Assembly: GCF_009914755.1 (NCBI RefSeq)
Contig: NC_060937.1
Source of the DNA: the human T2T-CHM13v2.0 reference genome, Homo sapiens
Strand: one strand, 5' to 3'
Length of the DNA stretch: 64,000 nucleotides
The translations under genes were made by a program, and so were the position numbers. The notes beneath the pieces were generated by a model. That model was not told where the DNA came from, searched no databases, and worked only from the letters and a program-made list of their open reading frames with translations. Below, one piece after another: positions 14,255-28,267 of this stretch. How positions within the stretch are numbered: the stretch's first letter is position 1; each line of letters begins with the position of its first letter.

Positions 14255-14650
14255 AAGTGGTATAATGAAAAAAAATAAGTCTATGAAATCGAAGAAATCA
14301 CAGTTTCAATATCAACTTCATTAATTACTATTTCTGGGCATACAAATGAGGTACTTAGTATTTTCGGTACTTAGGGAAGATATATATACAAAAATATATG
14401 TATACAAAATAGGTATTTTTCCCCATGTTTTACCAAAAAATACATACATATACAACGTATATATATACAACATACATATATAAAAATATATACATATATA
14501 ACAGATACATATATATATATGTTGTGCATATATATGTACATGTTGTATATGTATTTTTCGTAAAATATGGGGAAAAAATACCTATTAACTAGTTTGAACT
14601 GATTAGATGAGGAAAAAATATTTAAAAGAGCTGGCATGCTTTAGGCATTT
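14255..14650 (+). mobile_element. Degenerate MIR interrupted by an AT-rich palindromic insert
   Basis: MIR-like start (gtggtataatg...cagtttcaat) and core/end (taaaatatggggaaaaaatacct...gattagatgag). Confidence 0.5.
14408..14586. repeat. Inverted repeat with ~45-bp arms around a TA-rich spacer
   Basis: Left arm aataggtatttttccccatgttttaccaaaaaatacata is nearly the reverse complement of right arm tatgtatttttcgtaaaatatggggaaaaaatacctatt. Confidence 0.9.
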
Positions 14651-15763
14651 AATATCTTATGTAAATTAATAAATGTAGGCATATATAATATATTTTTATG
14701 CACATTGTATTATCTCCTCAAAAGAACAATTTATTTTTACTTATATAGTGGATCTCTAATCTGTCTAATGGTAAAACATAAGTTTTGTGTTTAAAATAGG
14801 ACTTGAAAAGAAAGACCGAAAATTTTTAAGAAGTGGAATGATTGTTTATGCATGATTCCCAATATTAAGAATAGAGTTTGTAAAATCAATAAATCAATAA
14901 ATGAGTCATTTGTTTTAATATTCATATTTCTCATATACAAAATGTACTTAAAATATAATTCATAGATAAATATAGATGATATATTAGGGTGTTGGAAAAC
15001 AGGAATCCATTAGTTATATCTAATTTCAAGCTATATGACAATGACTCATATCAAAAAAATAATACTTTACACAATTTGCATAAAGATGAGTTGGTTTTTA
15101 ACAGTGTTCTTTTGCCTGCTGTATTGTGTGTTCTATGTTGTTTTGATGTAGTTTCTGTTTATAAATACTAACATCCTCCTTTCTCAAGACATTCAGTCAT
15201 GTCAAGTGTAACCTATGGATTTTTCTGGGTTTACTTAGTAAAGATTTATGAATGAATAAGTCAATGAAGAAAAAATGTTCCTTTCATGCAGATTTTACTT
15301 TATAATATGACAGGGAACACACATCATAGTAAAGTATGTTTGCATATATAGGATATAGTAACATAAAATTAAAAATAATGAAAATTAATATGTTAACAAA
15401 AGCAGTATGTGGTCATACTTGTGGAATGAATGTATTTGGTAGTGTGAAATACCAAAAACCTCTATTGCTTGATATTTTCAATGTTAACCCCCAAATGGTG
15501 GTGGTAGTTTTCTTAAACATAGGACAAAATGACGTGCATGGTGAGGGATAAAGTACATTTTTCTAGAAACACATTTGCTTTCTGTTTTATGATTAGGTAT
15601 AGAATGTTTGCTGTAGGCCAACATCAGAGAAAAATCCCCATACTTGAATATTAATGCCTGAGAGTATCTTAACAGAAAACAAAAGTTTTCATGTTTTAAT
15701 AACGATAAAATACTTTAAATGTCTGGCTGGCATAATAAATAACTGAAAGTCAAATTCAATGGA

Positions 15764-15886
15764 ATAGCTGTACTACATATCATTATGTAGTATGGCATAT
15801 CATTGGTACAGCATATCATTATGTAGTACTGCATATCATTATGTAGTACTACATTATGTAGATATATAGCTGTACTATATATCATT
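15764..15886. repeat. Short imperfect minisatellite, ~20-bp unit tactacatatcattatgtag
   Basis: About 5-6 variable copies of catatcatt(atgtag), bounded by atagctgtacta at both ends. Confidence 0.85.
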
Positions 15887-16250
15887 CTACTTATTATTAT
15901 GTTAGTGACTTGACTTTCTCAACATTTTTGCTACAGTGATTTTAGAAATCTGAAAATGCTATCATAGATTTCTACCTCACAAATAAAAGGAGATGGACTT
16001 CGACCAAGATCAGTTTTAGAGTCATTCTTGAAATAGTTTATCATTATCTTGGCACCCCCAAAATACTTAATATTCTATAAAACAAATCTGAAAAAATTAT
16101 AAACTGAGAGCATGATTACATCATTTAATTTGCATAAGGAAAAAGTGATTTTGCAAAATACGTAAAATATGTTATATGTTTGGAAGAGACAAAGGAAGAT
16201 TCCAAATGGAAGTCAATCTGAAGGAGAGAACATACCTTTAATAACTTCTG

Positions 16251-16278
16251 ACACACACACACACACACACACACACAC
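16251..16278. repeat. (AC)14 microsatellite
   Basis: Perfect dinucleotide run. Confidence 0.97.
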
Positions 16279-16740
16279 GTAGGTATATATACACATATAT
16301 ATAAAACTTAAGCATGTTTATACATATTCTCAGATTAGTAAGAGTCTCCGTATACACATCAATCTAATGGTTTTAATATAATTAAGTGGATATAGAAAGT
16401 TACTACGGATCAGAGGAAAGTGAAGGGACAGTCAATGCCTTTAAAAGCACATATTGATTCAGATTGGATAAAGTAAATGAAGAAGATCATGGAGATTGTA
16501 ATATCATTGACACCAGTCAAACCGAACTTGCTAAATGGAGGCAAAACATAAACAAATATCCAACATACTCCCACAGTTGCTGTGTTATTCCTGTCATTAT
16601 ATCCTAAATGAATATACAGTACCAGAGACCAATTAGATTAGCTCTGTTGTTGTGATTCTTAAGGATGATTGTATTCACTGTGGTGGAGCATATCAAGAGG
16701 AGAAACAGAGAAGACATGGTAATGGGAGGAAGCATAGGGT

Positions 16741-17168
16741 ATGTCCTTTCACTAGGCAAACAGATGATTGGTTGAACAAACTGTAGTAGAGCCACACAAT
16801 GGAATACTTCTTAGTAATAAAAAAGAATGAGCTCTTGGTACACAACATAAAGTGGATGAATCTCAAGCTAATTATGCTGAGTGAAAGGAGTTGGCCAAAA
16901 ATCTTTATGATTTCATTTATATAAAAGACTAAGAATTACAAACCAATAAGGAGTGACAGAAAGAAAATCAGTGGTTTCCTATGAACGAGGCATGGCACAG
17001 AGGGGGTGACGTTACAAAGGGGCCTCACTATACTTTTGGGATTGATGGATAGGTTCATTATCTTGATAGTGGTTATGGTTTCAGAAGTGTGTACGTATGC
17101 TAAACTTATCCAATGGTACATTTAAATGTGTGTAGTTCATTATATGTTAATGGTACTTTAATAAAAAT
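16741..17168 (+). mobile_element. L1MD-like LINE-1 3' end fragment
   Basis: cacaatggaatact...ggatgaatctcaagctaattatgctgagtgaaagg...gttcattatcttgatagtggttatggtttc...aataaa. Confidence 0.8.
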
Positions 17169-18864
17169 AAGACTTTCTAGAGTCAGTTTGATCGGGAATC
17201 CTTGAATCACAGATGTGATTTTAAGATTTTTCAAAATCATTGAGATCATTTAGGTGAAAAATATTATTTACTGTATTATGTAGATGTTGCCACCCTGAGT
17301 GAAGAATAAAGCTGTTTATGAAAAGAAAATGAAAACAAAAGTCAGATTTCTGATGTTCTCATTCAGGTGTAATTCTACTTGCCGGTAAGTATATCCTGCA
17401 ACTATGATAAAAATTTCAGACTTGTACAATAAAAGAAAGTATGGGTTTTTATATTTCCTTCTCCTCTCCCACTAAAACTTTTAATATAGAACCTACATGT
17501 ATATAGCCTGGGAATTTTAAAAATTTATTGAAATTTTTCTCAATTTACTAATATTTTTATAGAAACTTCAGCCAGTGTGTATATGTATATGTATTTGTTT
17601 GCTGTTGGTAGTTTATTGATTGTTTTAAAAACTCATAAATCTATTAGTCTTTGTATTATGTTTACAATAGAGATAGAACATTTATACTTCTATGAAAAAC
17701 TGCAACATCAATGGTTTGGAAAATACTGTTTTCTGCAAGTTGGCAAACTATAGGCACTTCAATAGGATAACATTTCCTTTTCCACTTGCTTCTACTATAA
17801 TAACTGGTCTAGTTCTTCAAAGAACAAATGAACAGGGATCATAACGTAAGAGCCCAGTTTAATACTTGGTTAAGTCAAGTAAAGGAAACATATTTGTCTA
17901 AAGTAATTTGGGTAATTCTTTAAATCTTCTCTGTGATTCATTTTTATTTTTCTATTTACTATCTTTTTCTATTTACTTCCCCAAGGACACCAGGTCATAC
18001 AACCATCTGCATCAGGCTCTATGGTCAGGGAGGAATGTCCCTTACTAGCCGTAAACATTTTTCTCTTGCTCAGCTGATGACCTTGGCTGCAGTGACCAGT
18101 GTAGTCTCACCTTGAATACTGCCTTCACGTTTTCATCCTGTCTCCCTATCTGCCTGAGCTAATCTGTTTCAGGGTTCTCTTTGTTCACTACATCCTGAGA
18201 ATTAATGTTTATCCTAGTTTGGTGATTTCTAGCAGGGAAAAATGGTCTCTTTACAAAATCTTGTTAATGATATTTCACTTCAGGGACCAAGACCTGTTTT
18301 ACTGCAGTTTTTGCCTTTGCCTTCTTCAAATCATTATCTTTTGCTCCCAACTGATAGCAAAGAGCCAAACGCCCAGGTTTAATTTGCAATGTCCTTGCTT
18401 AATTCAAACTTGCCGCTATACTCTCAGAGCAGCCCAATTTATCTTTTGAAAACACTTTCCACTGTAAAATACTTTCAACTCTTTTCTGTTCTCTTGCTGT
18501 GTATTACACATGCTTGTGTTACTATCTTACACATTGGAGGAAATTAGACTTGTCTAGTTCAGGAAATTAGCATGTTCTCTTAGATATTTTGAAAGGTAAG
18601 ATTTACCTGATAATCAGTACTCAACCTATCAAAATAATGGCTGCCTTGGCTGTAGGTCAGAAGGACAAGTTCAGGGAAAATGGTGCATCTGCTGGAGCAG
18701 GCAGAATAGCTTGTTTCATTTCTGCAGTAGCTAACATAATAATAGAAGAACCAGTAATGAGGGCTGGTGAGGGTCCTAACATTCACAGTGGTCTTTAGCA
18801 CCATCATTCGTGTTATCACTGTGAATCACTGACATAATTGTACTATTTCTGATTTGAAAAGCTA

Positions 18865-19380
18865 CAGATGGCTCCCAATTTCTTTTACAACGAAATCAAA
18901 ACTTTTCAGTATGATTCTCAAAGAGCCCTTATTTTGTCTCCAAACCACATTTCTTGCATCATTTTCTCCTCTTTCTCACTCACTTCCCAAACACAGCCTT
19001 CTCATTCTTCCAGGTCACTAACAGTGCAACTTCTTATATGTCTGAGAGATGTTTCCATCTTGTCTTCACTAAGCAAAGTTTTCCCTCAAATCCAAAGCCC
19101 AGCACAGGCTTCTTTGAAACTTTTCCCAGCCAGGCCTGATCCTCTTTGAAATGTACTTTTTGGAAATGTTACTGTGCTTCTTCAGGGCAAAAGGAGCTTT
19201 GCGTACACCTCTTGTGGCACTGTGATGATTCATGGAGTTGTTAACAAGTGATTCTTATTAAAATGAGAACCTTCTTGAGAATAGGAAATAGGACTTTTTC
19301 ACTTTGTACTTCTAGATATGTGCACATGTCTGGCACATCACAATAGATCTTCAATCTATATTTGTGGAGGGAGTAAGTGA
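18865..19380 (+). mobile_element. L2 LINE 3' fragment
   Basis: L2-like body (aaatcaaaacttttcagtatg) and terminus (gtctggcacatcacaatagatcttcaatctatatttgtgg). Confidence 0.6.
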
Positions 19381-20284
19381 AAATCTTATGTAGTGATTTT
19401 CTTGGGTAGGCAAATGGAGTATGGCAACAGAAATATCTGGAGGACTGCAAAACACAAATATACAACCAGATAGGGAGTTCCCAAAAGGGAGAAAAATGCA
19501 AACAAACAGAACCAGATATAGAATCTGGGGTGATTCGAGTTTTTGTCTATTTCTAAGAGAACAAGTAAGAAAGATCTGAATTTTAGTCCCAAGTAAACAG
19601 GAATATTAGGAAAAGTATCAATCAAGGTCTTAGACGTAGAGGAATAAGAGTGAATCAATTAATGGAACTAGGCTATAAGGTTAGAGTGGCTTATTTTAAG
19701 AGAACCAGAGTTCATTGTCGAAATGACACAAGGAACAAGGTACCAGAGATGGTGCTCCTTAAAGTAACCCCGACTAGGAGCAGACTTAGCCCAAGGTGTC
19801 CATATCTTTTGCAATTTATTCGCATCACTCCATGTTCATGGAAAGAAAAACGTTAATCAAAAAGGCTTGTCACTTGAAGTTCCACACTTCAGGGTGTTAC
19901 TTTAGGTTCTGCACCTGTACCTATTTCAAATTTTCTGGTCCTTGTGGTGTTTTCTGTATATTTATGGTTTGGGGCTAGTTGTTTTCACTGTTATTATTTT
20001 TAATCCATAATTGACTCTCTACTTAGGACTTCTGAAACAATGGCATGGTGCTTTTCCCTCACCAGATGTTGCTTTTCATTTCCTCCTCCTTGAATTTATT
20101 TGCTCAGCTGCCATGCAACTCCTGATTTGCTCTCTTCTAGGTTCACCCTCTACTGGCTTATGCCACAAACTATGTCAGGGCTTATGACCTTAAATTTCTG
20201 AGAGGGAAGGGACTCAGAATTTAAGTGAGTACAGTATTCTAGAGGAGTCAAGCAGTTATAGTCATCCTTCTTATAACATTCCTC

Positions 20285-20703
20285 CTGTTCATTTTTGAAT
20301 CTCTATAAAGAAATAGCTGAGGCTGGGTAATTGATAAATAAGGCAGGCTTACTTGGCTCATGGTTCTGCAGGCTGTACAGGAAGCATGGCATCCGCAGCT
20401 GTTCAGCTCCTGGGGAGGCTTCAAGCAGCTTTTACTCATGGTGAAAGATGAAGCTAAAGCAGGTACATCACATGTCAAGAGCAGGAACAAGAAGGAGAGA
20501 GGATGGAGGTCCCAGACGTACAAACAACCAGATCTCACATGATCTAATGGAGTGAGAACTCACTTATCACCAAGCAGATGGTGCTAAGCCCTCATAAGGG
20601 ATTTACTGCCATGATCCAATCACCTCCCACCAGGCCCCACTTCCAACATTAAGAATCACATTTCAACATGAGATTTGGAGGGGACAAACATCCAAACTAT
20701 GTC
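20285..20703 (-). mobile_element. MST (MSTB-like) ERVL-MaLR solo LTR
   Basis: ggctcatggttctgcaggctgtacaggaagcatggc...gagatttggaggggacaaacatccaaactat. Confidence 0.88.
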
Positions 20704-23700
20704 CCCTCCAAACACATATCAAGGACTACTTTGGTTATCTCAGTATCATCTTATTAGTTTCTGCTGCCACCATAAGACAAAATTCAAATAGTATAAAAGT
20801 TAGAGGGGAATTGCCATTCTTCCCTCTGTGTTTATTCATTCACTTTAATTTGAGGAGTTTATTTAAATAAAAACATGGAGTTTTTCAATGGCAAGAAAAC
20901 CATGGTGATAGGATTCTATTAACACTGGCCAAGAAAACATCACAGGACAGCCACGGTTTTCTGGCTTACCAGGCTGTAATCAAATGAAGATGTGAAGAGT
21001 GAAGATCTCCCAAGGAGGGTGCTTTACTTCAACTAGAAAAGCAAATTGTGCTCTCCATAATTGTTTTTGAGTTAGAAGAGGCTTTGATGTTTTTCACTTT
21101 TCCTTCTATGAAAGAAAACACATTATGACTTTTAAGTTATACAAACAAAACTTTTTTTTTAAATGCATATTCATGCCCCAAGCCAACTTTTCCTAATTAG
21201 TCAGATGGAGAACTAATGGAGTTGTTGGAAAGCTGATTGAATACTTAAGAGCACAGGAATAACATCAATCACCATTTGGAGAAAAGAGAATGTGTTTAGC
21301 GATAGGTTGGTAAACTGAGAAGGCTCAAGTTGTAGCCTGGAGGGAAATTGTAGGACTGCTCCAACTCTAATCCCCAAATTCCCTCTCTTCATTGGTTAAA
21401 GGAGGCTGCCAGTGGTCGAGTTCTGTTATTACCTCTGTTTAGTTGTCCTCCAAAGTCCCCTAACCTCAGTTATTCTGAAGTAGTAATAATAACATCTCTG
21501 GTCATATCTTAGAGGTGAAACAATTTCTTGCAGCAGGTTGGGCCTTCATTTACTATTTCTTTAATTCATCCATCTAACAAGCAATTTCCATGTATATTGT
21601 TATCCTTATGTATTACATAGGATTACATACATTAAGCAGGTAATGTATGTAGGTTCACTGTGTGGAAATTGCAGAAATATATAAAAATATTCTTAGCATT
21701 GTTTCCCTGACCTGGCAAGAGTAGAATCAGGAATTGGAAAATTGTTAAGAGAATTTGTCATTTAAACCTCCTCTAAAATGTTGGATTTTATTAAAAACAT
21801 ATTTATGTATTACTTTTATTTAAGAGTATTTATCTTTCCTAAGAGTCTTGTCAATTTTCCCAGACAGGACGCTGAAGCTAGAGATAACATATTTTTTAGG
21901 AATAAGGTAAACCAGGCCACCTCTTGCAGAACACAGAGCACCTAACTCAGGTGTGGGCCATGGTGGAGCCGAGGTCAACAATGGCTGACCAGCACACTCC
22001 AGGACATTCCATAGTGGCTTGCTCTTTCCTCTTCTTCTGCTTTCAGAACAATAACCTGCCATCCTTTTTATTTTTCAAACTTGACTGATTCTAAACAAAA
22101 ATACCAGGCAGTTATTTTCATATTTCATAGCTCAGGGTCACTTAAATTATAATTAATTTTTACTGATCCCATCATTTCAAATTCATCTTAGGGAATTTAA
22201 CAAGAAAAGGTCTAAATAGATTTTTTTAAATATGTTAATAAGGATCGGTACATGTCGAATCTCTAATTACCTGTGTATTATCTCTGCTCAGTCTTGAGTG
22301 AAGTCTGAGTGAATAATTTCTTCAATGATCCAGTTTTTCTGTTTTTTTCCCCTCAATCATTTAACACACATGACTATATCCTAGGTTTAGTGAAGCAGAA
22401 AACAAAGTAGAAATATATTTTAAAGCACAATTATTACAAAATGCTTCCAGTTTCTATCTTCTCTAAATGAATAACGTCTGCAGGTTTAAGCTATTTCCTC
22501 TCATCTGGGTCTTCTCTTTGTCTCTGGATCCTTTGTCACATAATGGGAAGTTGATGAATGCCGAAATTTGAAGTTTCACAAAAGAGAAGACTAAATTGAA
22601 AAATAAATAGTTTTCTCAGTTTTTGTATTCATGATAATGTTAATTATAAAGCAAAATAGCAGCGACTGAGATATTTAGTTCAAATATAAGCACAATATGA
22701 ACACTGGCAGTGTTAATAACTGGTAAGATTTCAAAATCCCTCCTAGTTGTGCTTCATTACTCCAGGTATAAATATTTACTCAACTTGAGATAAAATTTTT
22801 CTCACAAATGATTAATAATATACATAGGGTTTTTTTTTTTGTCTGAATGCAGAGCTGAATATCGGTTTTACTTCATTTCATGTTTTATATCAGCACAGCC
22901 AAACTTTTTCTCAACAAAAAAGCAGCCTGATTTAAGCCACGGTTGCAGATCTTTGCCAGACTGCCACAACTTTTATTAGAGATGAGTATTTTACATGCTT
23001 ACCATGATGCACTCAGTTGGGGGCTCTTTATTGTTATCATTTCAATTCAATAACAAAAAAAATAAGAAAAAATGGAGCCCTGGATAAAATTTCAATTACT
23101 AAGCAAAGTAAGAAGTAATTACAGTTTTCAACAATACAGAAGCAATTCAATGTATAAACTCTGTATTCCCATTTTATAGCACTAAAAATCTTTAAAATAT
23201 TTTCCAAACAGTTCATTGCTAACATCAGCAGTCTCCTCTCCACTGTCCCCCAAACATTCTCAAATTATGTCTTTGGTGATAATAACTTTGAAATCCTTCA
23301 GATTTTTAAATAATATATTTTCAGACCTTTTGGTTGAATACATAATGTTAAACTGAACTTCCTAGGTTAGGCAGGATATATTTGAATTTTGCTTGTGCCT
23401 TCTGCAATATAGTACTTCTTAATGGGACTAGAATAAACAAACTGAGGATATCGGTTTGATAGCTTATGTAATGTTTTTCTGTTCTCTGTTTTTTACCTAC
23501 AAGTGGCTTTTAGCAGTGAGGAATAAAGATAATTGACAGAAAATAATGTTAATTGCATGGGATTTAAAGTTACAGGGATCTTACCCCATCCTAGTTTCAT
23601 TTAATACTAATATAGCCTATGACAATTCACTTATGTGGCTGCCTCAATCCTTAGTTTTCACAATTATAAAACTGGAGTTATGGGAACAAGTACTCAATAG

Positions 23701-24009
23701 AAATATTGTGAGAAATAATAGCATAATGTACAATAAGCAATCAACATATGTTAATAACTATTAATGCTGTTAATATAGATAACATAAATAAATGAACATA
23801 ATTTTCAACCACTTACAAATATTTCAATATAATTTGGAAATGAGTTAGACAAAAACAGAAAAAGACTATTGTCCAATAAAATAGCTATTCCCAATCACCC
23901 TGTTATACTGAATTTGATTGCTTATATAGGCTCTGCCTTAATGAAAAGGAGAGGACAAGAAAGTAGATACTTTCTTTTCCTAGAACATTCATTAAATTAA
24001 AACTGCTGA

Positions 24010-25254
24010 GACTTCTGGTTTCCAGTTCTACTTATAAGTCATCACTCTGTTCTAACAACAGCAAAAAGTGAAATGACTGATAAGTCAACTTTTATTAGAT
24101 CAATAAAAGAGGTGATGGAAAACAGTTGTCTTCACTGTTTTGGAGATTGGAGAGACAGACAAGTGAATATATTGGGTCACAGATTTCCAGAGCAGAGTCT
24201 CACCAGTGAAAACCTTGGCAGGAATGAGTACTGGGGTTGTAAACCTGAAATATAGTTGATAAATTGGTGGGGGCACAAAGTGGACAAGTCTCAGAATTAA
24301 AAACTCCAGGGGAACCCACAAAATGGAGCTCACACTTTTGTGAGATTTACCTCCAGGAACTCTACCCACTTCTCTTAGTAAATATCAGAGAAAAGTCTCC
24401 TCATCGTTCTGGTGTGGGGATAGGAAAAGAAACCACTTCAGAATATGCCAGAGCATTCTGTTAGAAAGGTTTGCACTCAGAAGAAACTCTTTAACCAGAG
24501 CTTATCCTCTTGGGTTTTATCAGAACCTAGGGGAAGGGAAATGCCCAATTTCAGCCACTTGTATCCTCTTACATGGAGGAAGGGAAATACAGAATCTCAG
24601 CCCACTCTAACCATCCACAAAGGAGAAGGAAAATACCAATCTTTGGCCTACTCTAGTCTTCCTTTTCTATTTATGGGGTGGTGGTGCTGAGAAGCACTTC
24701 TGAAGTTCACTTCTGATGTCTGGAGGCATAGGCTTAAAAAAAGACTGAGACTGAATCACAGGACTGTAGAATGCTTCCTGTTCCTGACACCTTACTACTG
24801 CATTATTGAAGACCCGTTTACAGCAGTCCTTTTACTACAACATGCTACTAGCTACATCATGTCCAGTTATCAAGAAAGAATTGCAAGGCATACCAAAAGG
24901 CAAAAAAGAGAAACAAACCCACAATTTGAAGAGGCAGAGCAAGCAGACATGACAGGGATATTGGAATTTTCAGACTGGGAATTTTAACAAATATGATTAA
25001 TAGGCTAAGGGCTCTTAATGGATACATAAAGTAGACAACATGAAAGAACAGATGGGCAATTTAAACAGAGATAGAAATCCTAAGCAAAACAAAACAAAAC
25101 AAAACAAACAAAAAAACCAAATACTATGGGTCAAAAATATTGAAACAGAAATGGAGAACATTAAGCATCATACTGGAAGAAATGAAAGAACTGACAAAAC
25201 CCCCTGGAACTAATTGATCACAGCAAGGTTGTAGGAATATAGTCAATCGCCTTC
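24010..25254 (+). mobile_element. L1MC (L1MCa-like) 5' end and ORF1 start, joined through an internal deletion to ORF2
   Basis: Starts gacttctggtttccagt...ctaacaacagcaaaaag; ORF1-like A-rich sequence at ~24900-25160; ORF2-like ggaactaatt...agcaaggttgtagga just before the THE1 insertion. Confidence 0.7.
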
Positions 25255-28200
25255 TGTATTAGTTCATTTTCATACTGCTATGAAGAAATACCCAAGACTG
25301 AGTAATTTATAAGGAAAAAGAGGTTTAATGGACTCACAGTTCCACATGGCTAGGGAGGCCTCTCAGTCATGGTGGAAGGTGAAGGAGGAGCAAAGGCATG
25401 TCTTACATGGCAGCAGGCAAGAGAGCATGCTCAGGGAGACTGCCCCTTTATAAAACCATCAAGTCGCATGAGACTTATTCATTATCATGAGAACAGCATG
25501 AGAAAAGCCCACCCCTATGATTCAATTACCTCCACTAGGTCCCTCCCATGACACATGGGGATTAAGGGAGCTACAATCTAAGATGAGATTTGGCTGGGGA
25601 CAGAGCCAAACCATATCATTCTGCCCCTGGCTGCTCCCAAATCTCATGTCCTTACAATTAAAAACACAAAAACACAATTATGCCCTCCCAACAGTCCCTC
25701 AGAGTCTTAAATCATTCCAGCATTAACTGAAAAGTCCAAGTCCAAAGCCTCATCTGAGACAAGGCAAGTCCCTTCCTCCTATGAGCCTGTAAAATCAAAA
25801 GCTAGTTAGTTACTTCCTAGACACAATGGGAGTACAGGCATTGGGTAAATATACCCATTCTAAATGGGAGAAATTGGACAAAACAAAGGAGCCACAGGCC
25901 CAGTGCAAGTCCAAAATCTAATAGGGCAGTCATTAAACCTTAAAGTTCCAAAATGACCTCATTTGACTCCGTGTCTCACATCCAGGTCACACTGATGCAA
26001 AAGGTGGGTTCCCATGGCCTTGGGAAGCTCTGTCTCTATGGCTTTGCAGGGTACACTGCTTCTGTTCTGACTGGTTTCACAGGCTGGCGCTGAGTGTCTG
26101 TGGCTTTTCCAGGTGCATGGTGCAAGCTGTCAGTGGAACTACCATTCTGGGGTCTGGAGGATGGTGGCCTTCTTCTCACAGCTCCACTAGGCAGTGCCCC
26201 AGTGAGGACTCTGTGGGTTGGGGGGGACTCCAACCCCACATTTCCCTTCAGCACTGCCATAGCAGAGGTTCTCCATGAGAGTTCCACCCCTGCAACACAC
26301 CTCGGCCTAGACATCCAGGCGTTTTCATACATCCTCTGAAATCTAGGTGGAAGTTCCCAAACCTCAAATCTTGTCATCTGTATACCTGCGAGACCCACAC
26401 CACATGGAAGCTGCCAAGGCTTGGGGCTTGAACCATTTGAAGCCATGGCCCAAGCAGTATGTTGGTTCTTTTTAGCCACAGCTGGAGTGGCTGGGCACAG
26501 GACACTGAGTCCCAAGGCTGAATACAGAAGGGGGGCCCTCGTCCTGGTCAAAGCAACCATTTTTCTTTCCTAGGACTATGGTGGAAGGGGCTTCCGTGAA
26601 GGCCTCTGACATGGCCTGCAGACATTTTCTCCATTGCTTTAGTGATTAACATTCTGCTCCTCATTACCTATGCAAATTTCTGCAGCTCGCTTGAATTTCT
26701 CCCCAGAAAATGGGTTTTTCTTCTCTACTGCTTTGTCAGGGTACAGATTTTTTAAACTTTTATGCTCTGCTTCCTCTGGAATGCTTTGTTGCTTAGAAAT
26801 TTCATCTGTCAGATACCCTAAATCATCTCTCTCAAGTTTAAAGTTCCAAAGATCTCTAGGGCAGGGTTAAAATGCTGCCAGTCTTTTTGCATAGCAAGAG
26901 TGAACTTTCCTCCAGTTCCTAACAAGTTCCTCATCTCCATCTGAGACGACCTTAGCCTGGACTTTTTTGTCCATATCACCTCAGCATTTTGGTAAAGTCA
27001 TTCAACAAGTCTCTAGGAAGTTCCAAACTTTCCAACCTCTTCATGTCTTCTGAGCCCTCCAAGTCTCTATGAAGTTCCAAACTTTCCCACATTTTCCTAT
27101 CTTCTTCTGAGCCCTCCAAACTGTTCCAACTTCTTCCTGTTACTCTGTTGCAATGTAGTAGTTCCAGCTAGCAGTGGGCAATTTGGAGTATAGTTAAGTA
27201 TCTTTGATCTCATACACACTGAAAAATGTTCATTGGATGTATATAAAAATCTGAGTTTATACATCTGAGCTAGAGAATTACCAAAGCCACTGCAAATGTG
27301 CTATTTTAGAATTAATTTCAATAAATCCATGTTTCTACAGATCTCACATTCTCAGAAGGCATTAAAGGGCAGGTAAAGCAAGGTATTTTAGTATAACAAT
27401 TTGATTTAAAGTAAATACATATTTTCTAATCAGTAACTTATAATTATCAGGTAGCTGATAATTTTTTTGGCTATGTCTTTACAGTGAATTAAATATATTT
27501 ATGATGCTAAATGAACACACACATACATTGTAAAAACATTTTTGTATTTGTATGAGGCCAAAAATATGCATGGTTTTTGTACATATGAACAAAAACATAT
27601 GAGAATTAACATGTTAGCTAAGTGCTTACATTTTGTAGCAAACTAAGATGTATCTTTAAATACTTTACCAAGATTAATATTGTCTTAGTATTTGATGTTG
27701 TCTGAGTAGAGATGGAATTTTTGTTTACTAATTAAGGTCACAATCAGGAAATAGTTACATATTACACATTTCCATAGTAAAGTTATATGAAAATGATAAT
27801 TATGTAGTTTGTTTTCAAGGAAACCATAATGGTATATAGTGATGAAAACAGGTGAAATTGTGGAAAGTAACCCTTCATTCAAAGACTGTGTTCATAATAT
27901 AAGCCAAAAATGAACATTAAGTAAGTGAATGCAATCAAAACCTAGAGTATCTATTCCTGGTTCCTGAAATCTGACTGAATCTAATTTTTAAAAAAGAGAT
28001 GGGAATCTCTCTATGTCACCCAGACTGGTCTTGAGCTCCTGGCCTCAAGTGATCTTCCAGCATGTACAAGAAAGCATGTATAGCGGAATTGCCTTTTATA
28101 AAACCAACGGATCTCATGAGACTTATTCACTATCATGAGAACAGCATGGGAAAAACCTACCCTCATGATTCAGTTATCTCCCACTGGGTCCTTCCCATGA

Positions 28201-28267
28201 CACATGGGTATTTTTGGAGCTCCAATTCAAGATGAGATTTGGGTGGAGACACAGTCAGACGATACCA
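25255..28267 (-). mobile_element. THE1C-like MaLR provirus: intact LTR 25255-25618, internal region 25619-~27156, partial second LTR 28062-28267
   Basis: Both LTR termini present; antisense polypurine tract ttctgcccctggc next to the left (3') LTR; perfect 5-bp TSD ccttc at 25250-25254 and 28268-28272; L1 sequence continues across the TSD. Confidence 0.93.
27166..28061 (+). repeat. Derived copy of a ~0.9 kb local duplication
   Basis: Collinear with 30719-31619 from agctagcagtg to gtgatcttccagc; about 89% identical by hand count over the first ~290 bp. Confidence 0.95.

Noticed and set aside
15764-15886. Short repeats as a possible CRISPR-like array
   Set aside because: No unique spacers, no cas genes, and the context is primate DNA.
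21910-21930. CTCF-like motif (gccacctcttgc)
   Set aside because: Several mismatches to the core consensus; not supportable without ChIP data.
26036-26560. Longest ORF (174 aa, minus strand) and similar ORFs at 49446-49812 and 50287-50589
   Set aside because: They lie in THE1/MSTA internal regions and are decayed MaLR frames, not host genes.
27005-27120. ~55-bp tandem duplication (aagtctctaggaagttccaaactttcc...gagccctcc) in the THE1 internal region
   Set aside because: I recall it as a feature of some THE1-int subfamilies, so it is probably inherited; needs a consensus check.
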